From: Raillietiella orientalis
Taxonomy: Eukaryota
DNA: 64,000 bases
Assembly: GCA_036172245.1 (NCBI GenBank)
Contig: JAYWIR010000016.1
Location: 3,224,001 to 3,288,000, forward strand
Direction of reading: 5' to 3'
The notes under the pieces are model-generated. The model was not told the origin of the DNA, did not search any database, and saw only the letters and a list, made by a program, of their open reading frames with translations. Each line of letters opens with the position of its first letter. Position 1 is the first letter of the stretch. Below are positions 27,521-38,387 of this stretch, one piece after another. A program made the translations under genes and the position numbers.

Positions 27521-29519
27521 AACCTTAAACGCTCATGAATGCAAGTTCCATGAAATGAAAAGTTTTCAGAACACAAAATATAACAGAAATAAAAATTGTT
27601 AGAAAGAAAATCGTTCGATTAGATTCAAATAGCAAAGTTTACAAAATCGTATCACTGTAGAGCTTAAGACAACAGATTAACAGAGAGTTCTTAAGTAGGT
27701 TCAACTTGAAAAAGGATGTTTAAACATTGATGCACTCTTCAAAAGAATCATTTGTCTTTCTTTGTGACATTCTTAACAAATACGTAAACGAGGAAGAAAG
27801 GCAAAGAATAGAAGAGGAAACAAATTCAAACCATAAATGAGAAAATGGTGCTCATGGATGAATCAAAATGCTTTAAAGTCTTTTTTTTTTTAAAAAAAAA
27901 AAAAAAACTTTCCGCAGACAAAAGCAGACTTGCCCAGAATTCTCAAATAGTACCTTTGTTTTCATGTTCTGTTTTGAATGTATAGTTTTTGAAAATTTTA
28001 GCAATATTCATTATGCAGTTAGACAGAATTAACAGAGTATCATGTTAACTGATGTCTCAAAAACCAAGCCATCATAAGAAATAACAAATAATTAGATTCT
28101 AAAAATGAAAAGAAAATCATTTACGAATCACATTCATAAAGAATGAACAATAAACAAAAATAAGGGCAAGAACACAAAACAGAAGCGAAGATCACAACGT
28201 CGGATTCTTCGGGTTTGGATGTCAGAAGTATAAACCTAAATTAATATGCTGCATAGTTGATTTTGTGGTGGGAATACAATGATCCGTTAGTCATACATTC
28301 CTTTAAAAGGGTTCCACTAATTAAGATTTCCAGAATTTAGGAAAGCATAGTTTAAATTATGCTTAATAGGTTCTTCATTTACTCAAAGTTTCTGGAAAAA
28401 TACTTATGCCAACATGATGACAGTAAATTGAAAAGCATGGCTACTTCCCATTTTAAACTCGTCAAATTCTAAAATTTTCTCCAAACTGGTTCTTTTTCGA
28501 TAGAGCTTTTGTAAAAAAAAAAAAAAAGCTCAAGAGCGAAAATACTTTCCTTGTTCGAGATTTTTTTAAAAATCTGTAACAGTATGAAGTTATTAACCGC
28601 TTTTGGATCAGTTTCACTTAGCATCTAATCTGTAAATACCTTTTCTATTTTTCAAATTGAAATACATTACTATCACATTGAAATACATACTTACATTATA
28701 ATCTACATATTACAATCTATCAGTCTCTTTCGGCTTTTGTATAAATTGTTTCATCTAATAAATTCATTTTAGTGTACTTTTATAACTTTTCTTGCAAAAT
28801 CTAAGAAGATAATTCCTTTAGAGTCTTTAATTCAATTTAAATAAATTTGTGGAAAATGTTTTGGTTAGAGATTCCGAGCACTTAATTGTGTGTTAATTGA
28901 CTGAACAATTTAAGAATGATGCTTTATATGTGAGGAGAAAAAGAGACTTTATTTCTTTCTAATTCGAAATTTATAGTTGATAGCGAAAATGAATATTTAG
29001 CGTACTTTATAAAGAAAGTTAAAATCATACTACTCAATCGAGCGGATGTACGAATTCCAATGAATTCACTATGAATAATCCACATAAAAAATTCATATCA
29101 CTCAATGCACTTGGAATTTATGCACTTCAGAGTGGATTTTTTACTTGGATGAGTCAACTCATATTGCATACTTTTGTTTTTTAGTCGTGAAGAGAATGGC
29201 TTCATGCACTTTCAAAATATCTTAATTAATAATGATCTTATTCTTCGAATTTATTATTCATTTATAATTAGAATCGGCTAGAACTGAGTAACTAAAGTCT
29301 GAACCACAAAGAGCACTTTTTTATTTGAACAAATAATGTGATTTAATTATTCTGCAATCACCGTACATTATACGATCACTGTCGTAATGAAAATAAGTAA
29401 ATAATCTTTATCATGCTGAAGACGGGATTCTAAAATGATAAAATTCAAATTTCTCTAAAAGTATTGATTTGAATATGTGCGAACATCTTACGCAAGCTCT
29501 CACACACGCACTCAGACAT

Positions 29520-29590
29520 ATACGAAATGTACATAAATATGTATGTATATATATATGTATTTATATTTATATATATATTTATTTATGTAA
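29520..29590. repeat. TA-rich microsatellite / low-complexity tract
   Basis: tatgtatgtatatatatatgtatttatatttatatatatatttatttat. Confidence 0.8.
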
Positions 29591-30704
29591 TTAGTTTAGA
29601 ATATTGGATGTAATGATATTCGAATGTAACTTTGCAGAACCTATTTCGGTTCCTTTAGTAAATTGCGTTTATGCTTAATAGTTATTTTGGTTCATCTGAC
29701 GTGGGCACCCCTTTTTTTACGATCCAGTCATTGATTTTCGTGTTGTGTGTACCACATTCCCCAAGCAACGTGTTTGGAAGCTGGAGTATCTGCCCCGGCG
29801 CTAGAAACTTGTAGAGTTTCGGGAAACTTATAGAGTTGTGACGGTCAACTGGTTTCGGCAATAATGCAAGGCCGTGGTCGAGAGTCGATCAGTTGAATGT
29901 TCAATATTCTGTAAGTGATTTATAATGCGACCGTGTCAACATCACGGTTCAATACTCTGTATATGTATGTTTCATGCATTGGGGCGCTTTGAAAAACGAC
30001 TATTTTGTTTTCATTGGAAAGTAGTTCAATGTTGAAAATCTTTCAAACCACACCTCCCCGGAGGGGTTGCTTGAACGAGCAAAAACTTCAACCATTGTGG
30101 CAAAACTTTGCACACAAAATCACGTACGAATTCAAAAAATAAAGGAAAAAAATGTGCAAGTTTTACAAAAGGAATGGTGATAAAATTATTTGATATGGAT
30201 TATTCGATATTGAAAAGTATGAAAACATGTATTTGTGGAAGCATATAAAAAGTGATTGGTTTTTCAATTCTTTCTTTAAGAATTTCAAGGTTTGATCGAA
30301 TGCTTTGCGTTATTTTAATATTTTAGTTTACTGGTACCCTACCTGGTAGCGCTCCATTTAGTTTTTCCCAATAATAATTTTTTTTTCATTTTAATATCAT
30401 CAGAATTTTCTTCATGCAGCTATTAAACAAGATACAAAAGGTTATGCTCGATAGAGTATTATTTTTCCAAACTGTTTTTGCATGTACTGTTGACACGAAA
30501 AATTAAAATTGCATTCAGGAGGCATTAACGTTAATCATATTCAGAATCAGAACATGAGAATCCCAAAGAATGTTGATTTTCAAGTATAAGGTGTAGACTG
30601 GTTGTATATTAAGTATGTAACAACATGCATATGTAACAGAAACAACAGACATGAATACTGGATTCTCTCCTGTATTGCTTTCTTGCAAAAATATTTGATA
30701 AGAC

Positions 30705-31404
30705 ATGGATTCATTACTTCAGATGGAAATTGCAGTGTTTGGTAAGAACAACATGTTTAATTTCATAGGTAATTATCTTCAAGTAGGTGACCCTGCTGTA
30801 GGTAAAAGTACTTTAAGTAAAGTTTTCACATCAGATTCTTCAGGATTTTCAAATTATTATAGGATGGTAAATATTAAGAACATCCAGCACATGAAATTAT
30901 TTCTGTTGATAGACCTGTGGAATAAAACTACATTCAAGATTTATTGAAGTGAACAATGAGATGGTAGAATTATTAATACTTGACTGTGGTGGGCACATAG
31001 TTTTTCGGGAAACTTATAAGCAGTGTGTAAGATTTTTTGAGTCTGGTATGTTTCATACGGTATTCAGTGGTGCAATGTATCTAGCTATTGCCTTGTCTAT
31101 GATGTTACCACCAAAGCATCATTGAATTCATTGTTGGAATTGAACGAGCATCTAAAAAATTCATTTCAAAGAAGTTTGGTGCCATCAGCAATCGTTGGGA
31201 CTAAAATAGATTTGGCTGATAGGAGAGTTATCAGTAAGGAGGAGGGTGAATCAGTAGCAAGACAACTTGGTATGAAACATTTTACTTGCTCATCAGTAAG
31301 TTTCTGGCGATTCCTGAAATTTTATCTTTAGTTTTTCACAGAAGGAAAAAATCAATATTATGGAGCCCTTTGTTTATCTTGTTGAGCAGGTCAGGAAATT
31401 ATGA
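30705..31404 (+). CDS. IFT27: Intraflagellar transport protein 27 (Rab-like 4 small GTPase, ~173 aa)
   Basis: 5 exons: 30705-30741, 30787-30866, 30913-31026, 31068-31295, 31342-31404. GDPAVGKS P-loop, VELLILDCGG, CLVYDVT and VGTKIDLADRRVI; no C-terminal prenylation cysteines; AATAAA near 31572. Confidence 0.85.
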
Positions 31405-31699
31405 TAGCATATTTTATTGCCTGAATGTGAAAAAGAAAATGCGTGCTTTGTCCAAGTAGTGTTGTGTGATTGTTATTGATCTTTGGATGATTATTTGCAT
31501 TGTTGTTATGTATCATTGGCATGAATCATTCGTGTTGTTAAATTAAATTATGATTTCTTTGAAACCAGGAAAATAAAAAATTTTCGACTTTATCTGCACT
31601 GTTTCATTTTTTGCAGTGGCTTATATTTTTTAATGAGGTTTTCCAAAATGTATTCTTTGTGTTTGTGAAAGAACTGGATAAGTATTTATGTTTTGACAG

Positions 31700-34600
31700 A
31701 TAAACACATTAAGGTAAAGGCAGTAAACGTTGCTTGCAGTCGTGATGACAGCTTTGATCAGCATTTTGATTGACATTTTTGCATTAAACTTACAGGGTTG
31801 TGATGGAGCACAGCTTAGCATCATTGCTAATGATCCGATTATCGTTTGACGATTCTCAAAGATTAAGTGAAAAATTAACAAGCTTTATAGGATGATGTCC
31901 GGCAATTTTCTATCGGACCAGGATCACAACTTTTCCGTTTATTAAGTCATATATTTGAGATTCAGCTTTCCAGCCGCCTCCTCTTGCTGTTCGAAATCCC
32001 CTCTGGCACTTCCGTTATGCTCATGAACTGCTGCAATCACTGCATTTCTAACCTTACTCGTTGTGTGGGTCGCACTGCCCATCTGAATCATTCTTGCAGT
32101 GCTTGCAATGGGATGGTGGTACTCGAAATTATTACGTTCAACTTTCCATTTAATAAGTTTAAGGTTTCATTTTACATACGGAAATCGATAACTTCTGTTG
32201 GCTCCCACAAGCAAGCATTTTCCCCGCATTTTGATTGCATTTGTTGTGCCACTCATCGCAAGGACAAATTCCTCGAATTTTAGTACCTTTCGGGTGGAGT
32301 TTTCTCTCTCTCTCGTTCTTCTCATTTCCCTTTCCAAATATTCCCTTTGCAGAAACACCTCGCCTCCAATCCGATGGCATTGGCTGACCAGCACAGGAGT
32401 GGTCCCTTGCCTCTTTGTTTATTTACTTCAGTTCAGCATCACCGAGTCGCCTCAGTCTTCTGGCATCGTGTCGCGCTGAAAGTTTACACACTTTCTTGGT
32501 CAACTCCACATTACAAACCCCCACCGGGTTTTACGATCGAGGCAGGTCCGGCAATAACTGCGGCACCAAGCTTAAACATTTGTGTTCCCTACACGCGTGC
32601 ACGGCAAGTTTCCCACGTCATCTCATGAATGAGGCACTTGGGCATTGCTAATGAGGGGTCTTTGGACGTTTTCTGATCCGCAGGTTCGAACTCCCAATTA
32701 AAAGAAGCCAGCTCAATCAAACCCGGCTCGCAGCTCTCTCGACCTCATGCAGGATGACAGAGCTGCTCGTTTGCTTTTTGTTTCTTGGCGGCGTGAAGAG
32801 CCCTTCTTGCCATTTCCTCGCTCCGTGATGAGTCGAGTGCACACCATGGGGTCCCCACGGTGTGCCCTCTCACCACGGAGTGAGGGAGATGGCGCTGGTG
32901 GATGGAATTTCCATGGAAGATGATCGTTGGTGGAAGATTCAGGTTTCCCTGCGGGTTCGCGGGCATTGACAGGGGTCATGAAGCCGACTTTGTGACCAGG
33001 AAACTCGCCACTGAGAATGCGCGATCCTCCACACTTCCTCCCAGATTTTCCTTTCGAAAGAACGAACTGATTTCCTTGACGACTTCCACGATCACAGATC
33101 GCAGGAAGTGAGTTCATGGCATGCAGGGCATCAGAATGGCACGTATTAACAGCCAAGAGAATCTTTAAAATCTCGAATTCTCGGAGCTCTTCACACAGGC
33201 CAAGTGACTTCAGAAGAAAAGGAAAACTTTTTTATAAGCTTTTTGGAAGGGGGTGGCTTAGGTCGTAGATGACATTCCCGCATGGACATGAATCAATCGA
33301 TGAATACGTCCAGTGGACTACACCTCGTCCTGTTGGGGTCCCTCATGCCTGCGTGCGGAAGCATATATGCCCACCTATGTTTCCGTAAGTATCGGCTCTT
33401 TGGCAAGACGGATGGCAGGGATAATTCGATTACCTAGTAACGCTTGACAAGTAGATTCGCAGGGAATCTCATCGCTCCAAGAGAGCTGCGAGTCAGGGAC
33501 CGGAAAGCAGGACCAGATATTTCCCCGAAATGGTTCATCACGCAATGGAATGACGCCATTGCTGCTGAAGGTCGGAGGAGTAATACATATGTATTACAAC
33601 TGTTAATTCTCAACTTCACGCTGATCAATACAGATGCATTAATCGACTACTCTAGGGGGTCGTGACTTTTCCTTAAGATGAAATGCCAGCCATGGCATGA
33701 TACTTACCAGAAGTCTTCCAATTCTCACAAATCTCCTGAGGCATCCGAACACATCCCATCTCGTCGATCACCTTTACATCTTATCAGTTCATTTGTTTGA
33801 AGAGGAACGAGAAAAATTACTTTGCTAAAGACTGGAGATATGACCATCGACTCACGATCAATCTCTGAATGCACGTCTCCTCTGCATCAGTTGATTTAAT
33901 GCTCTGCACACTTACCAACACATGAGAAGCAGACGCAGTGGTTTGCGTTCACAGTGCAAGATTCTCCTCAATGGAGAACGCTCAGTATCTACCAGATTTC
34001 GTACCACCACTGCAAAGGCTGCATGTCTCTCTAGGTCAGGTGGAAATTCAAGCCCACGACCGTTTTGAGAAAATGAACCCAAACCGACTGCGCCGTACCT
34101 TTGATCACCCGTAAAAGTTACTTCAGAGGATATTCAGGTCCGATTCAGTGCAAAGGGAAAAGAACTTTCTACATCATGGCATTTGCTATATGGGCACTGC
34201 CCTGCCAATAACAAGCGTATTAAACCACTGCAAAATAAACAATCTGAAACAATCGATTACTTGTCGTGTTTTTGTCAGGATGTGTAAAGGCTAATACACT
34301 ACTGTCATCCGTTTCCTGTGCCCCAAATCATACTTCATCAGGATCTTTGACGGAGTACGATTATCCCGAATTTCCTGAGCTTTTAGGCAGGGAAAAAAAA
34401 AAAATCCACTTATGGCCATAGTTTTGCTAAACATTTAGAGCCAGCTTCGTGCACTCCAGGGAGGAAGTGTTTGGCGTTGGAACACGTGAAGCCAAAGCTG
34501 ATAATCGCAAATTGAAAATTTTCATTTGAAACACCTCCGACAACCTCTGGAATCGTTCGCACTAACAAGGGCCAAATAGGGTGCTCGTCACGTGCACTCA

Positions 34601-37530
34601 TTGGCGCCTGACTCACAGATGAGCCATTTAAGTCGGAGAAAGGAAAACGAAAAGCATCTTATCCCACTTTTGAGAGAGCGTACGTAGTCTTTAAGGTTGC
34701 CAGCTATCACGAAGCATCTCACTGCCTGTGCACGAGATAGGGATTTCCAGATGTACGAGTCAACGCTTTAGGGTCCAGTTGTCAAGACGTGTTTGGAGTG
34801 TTTGCAATACAAAATTCGCAATGCCATCGCGTTTGCCGAGTATTTGGGTCCAGAAAACGTAGTGTTTCCCTCAGTATCAAACTTTGTTGTTACTTCAGTA
34901 TGGAGTCCTGGTTTTCTTCCGGGCTACCAAAGCTTCGTGCCTGTCAGGGCAGTGTTCATTTCCCGCATCAGACGGGTCAAGCTAAACAGATTGTCAACGA
35001 AGGGGAGCTTTCTCTAGCAGGGCCTTCAGTAGCATCATACGTCCGGGACAACGATTAGCGAGAACTCAGGGAGTGGCGCAGCGCATGTTGATGGTTCTTT
35101 GGTAAGGATGGCATCACTACGTTGTTCATGAGTCCCAGAAGACATTGCATTTGGATAAAGGACACCTTCAGTTCTATGCCGCGTACGAACCTCAGTAGAT
35201 TACATAACAGACTGTCCGCATGAAATCTAATTCAAAGGCACTCCGCCGATGCTGGGGGAAGAGACTCAATGCCTTTATCTGGGTCTGTAACTGTTTAGCC
35301 CTTTCCAACCTCCTAACTGATCTGACTTCCACTCCTGTGACTTTTAGAGTAAAGGAAAGCACGCCAACGTTCAGCCAATTCAAGAAAGGGAAAGGATAAG
35401 TACAAATTTCCACCGTTTCTCAGGAATTCCACACGAAGCTTGGCTACCGGAAACCTGGACAAGGCTTGGAAGCCATCAAAACATCCCGCTACTCTCCAAG
35501 GTGACATTCCATGACACCTTTACTGCTTGTGTCTGACAGGCAGGCTGCATCGGAAGCTGGGATCCCTTGCACAGATAAATACTTCCTCAAGCGCAAAAAG
35601 AGGAAGCGGGGAAGAATTCCATCTAATGGGTTTAGAAGAACCTAGAGACCCTGGCAGGCTTCCTTTCCCGGAGGATCCATAAAGAAAGGATCTGCTCAGG
35701 ATACATGCGTGCATGTGATTCTCCTAAGCTGCGTATGGTGCAATTCTCAAATTTCCCCGATTTCTTCGAGGCACCGCCTCCTCCCCTTCTATGCGGTTCG
35801 AAGGAAATGCAAACCCATTTTCGTCCATGCCATGAGCTTTTCTGCTGACAGTGGCAATTGCTTCGAATGGAAGAGCGGGTGAGTTTTGCTTACACCACAG
35901 CACACTGACGATCCAGATGTCCTCCGATGGTCATGCACCGAATGCACCTGCAGGGTCAACAAAGGACGTCAATGGGAGCAATGTGTTTTTTCCCGACGGT
36001 TACATCAGGAAGCGCTGGATTTGTTCTAGGCTGCTGCTTACGCAGCGGGTGTGAATGCTCTCGGCTTATCTCGAGAGTTTGACTTTGATCTAGCATCAAC
36101 GTCTGTAACTCTCAGCTTCAACAGCATCGTTTTCACCCATGCTTGCCGTGCGATTGCTCTTGAAGTGGCCTGGAAATTTATCGGACCACCCTGATCTCAC
36201 ATTACCGAAGAGCAGTCATTTCCAACACAGCAGCCACTGAGAATAAGTGGGGTTTCTTCAAGAGCAACAATTGTGTTTGGAAGCCTCCATCTACAAGATC
36301 CCTAATCGTAAAAGCCAGCCAATGGACAAGAAGTTCCTTCAGCGCCGCAAGGCTTGCGCCTCCGTAGGAGACGAAAGGAAACCTCGCTACATTCGGAGAC
36401 AAGACATTTGCCGCCACCGCTGATTGTGATATCCCTCGGAAATCCAATTCCATTGATGATTGTTCCTTGAGACAGAACTGAGGTGCTCGGGGCCAAAACC
36501 TTAAAGTACGAACTCCATCACACAAAGGTCTGTGCACAATTCCATCTCAAGTTCAAGCACGCTACCAAGTTGCGAACTATTCAAGAGACGCTGAACGAAC
36601 AGTTGGAAAGTCGAATAATACTCCCGAGGATGCAATCACATGCATACCTGTGCGGGAGCTCGAGCACAGTTTGCCTATTCTTCCAATGCTTTGGGTCGGT
36701 CTGCCTTCGTGCCACCACTGTACTTACACAGTTATGTGCATCTTTGGTACTTTTTGACGATTCAACCCAGCGACTCTTGCAAGCAGTGTTACACACATTA
36801 AGTCGAAGACTAAAAGCATTGGTACGTCCTCGGGACACTTACACGTCGGCGACGTGGTGCTAGCGGTTTGGCAGCATGCATTGGATGCCTTCGTTTTGAT
36901 TTTTGGGGATACCGAGACCACACCTACATTGCTTCAAAAACGCTACTTGGTTTCGTCCCCCTGGTCTCCATGCGATCAAACTTACAAGATCTTTGATCTC
37001 ATCGTATGACATTCCCAGTCTAGCATTCCAGACCTTTATACTGGAATCGTTTTCGAGTGGACAGCACTCGGAACCAAATGCAGCCTCAAAATCAGATCTA
37101 TTCACACAACTGACACCTTCTTCTGCACACGAATCGCTCTCACAAGCTCACGTTATTTAACTGGGCGAAGTAATAAGAACTTATTTTCAACGGGAGATTT
37201 GCAGGATCTGGTTCGTGAGCCTGAGTGGGGAGAATGTGCATGTGCACCCCAAGAATCCGAGAGGACGGGAGTGAGTTCTGCACACACTACATGTGGGGTC
37301 TCCCGGGGCAGGATGTCACAATAGCACTAAAAAAACGTGGGGAAAAACCCGTCTGAAATTCTGGAAGTCCAGGCTTTGGTCCTCAAGCACAAAGCAAACA
37401 GATGTAAATGGGGTGTTGTGTGTGATTCGTCAAGACTTGGAAGTAAAAAACTCCTGCTGTCCCGATTTCAAGACTGTACGATTTAGATATAAATCAGTGA
37501 AGCTCTTTCACTGCGCACCTTATTAACCTT
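31700..37530. mobile_element. Mosaic of degenerate Ty3/gypsy-like pol fragments (block B)
   Basis: Integrase core FLSDQDHNFS..RTAHLNHSCSACNGMV (+, ~31720-32320); connection/RNase H (+, ~32350-32650); RT RKCGG..EFPGHKVG (-, ~32800-33150); AMASFHCVMN (-, ~33450-33650); GYSGPIQCKG..FYIM (+, ~34080-34370); QAPMSARD..FQFAIISFGF (-, 34410-34616); AEYLGP..GFLPGYQSFVP (+, 34793-35050); EFCLHHSTL..NGSNVF (+, 35851-36054); integrase zinc finger plus core LVSLIAWRPG..FLKQCRC, SRWVE, HRPLCDGV (-, 36300-37105); HVGSPGAGCHNSTKKTWGKTRLKFW (+, ~37250-37530). Confidence 0.7.
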
Positions 37531-38387
37531 GATGATGCTCCTGTGGTATTAATCTTAGAAAGCTCCTGTAAGAAAAAAGAAAAAAAATCTTCAATGTCAT
37601 GCTCATGTTCATGAAATCTCGAAATTCTTATATCAAATAGCTGTAAATGGATTAATTTTAAAGATTAAGTTGGTCAATGCATTTACGCAGGTCGAGAAAG
37701 TCACGCTTCAGTACCTGAAAACACACTTGAACTCTTATTGTATCAGGTACCATTTCATGCAATGCACATCTGTACCCTAGTCATCCATACCAAGAGAAAA
37801 AGGTAAAATTACCATAAACCCATTAATGTGATTAATCATGTGATTAGGTTAAAGATTTGATCTGGTGTACATGCTAATCTAATGACTTCCTTGATACAAA
37901 GCAAAAGTCACAAAACTGGCTCTCATCTGCTGTCCAAAGTAACCCATCACTGGTCTAAAAAAAAGTGATTTATGAAATCTTCGAATACTTCTAAATATAT
38001 CCATCATGATAAAACAGAAATAATGGAATGCCAAAAGCAGGTATGGGGCTAGAATTCTTGAATGAAATTATGCCAATTGCACACTTCATTTAGGGTTATT
38101 GTACAAGAATAAGTGTTATCATAGAAGAATTGCAAAGGTTATTCTTCTTCTAAATGAGTATACATACAAACCACAGAATATCATGCAATGTTTTTTATAG
38201 AGAAGTCTGAAATAACAAACGGAGTCATAAACTTTATTTGCAAATGAAATTGCTAAGGAGTAAGAAATCCATTTCTGAATACCAAATAAAGTACATGTGC
38301 ATTGAAAACTGGAACTGTGATAACTAATGATTTGCAGAACAGTTAATATCTTACCAGTTTTTAAACCTCATCTCACATAAATTCTTT

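Noticed and set aside
27875..27911. T11-A16 self-complementary run
   Set aside because: Simple homopolymer juxtaposition, common in AT-rich DNA and prone to sequencing error.
9620..37530. Intact or autonomous LTR retrotransposon, or a domesticated RT/integrase gene
   Set aside because: No long pol ORF, catalytic YxDD and DDE residues are lost, domain order and strand are scrambled, and no LTR pair is visible.
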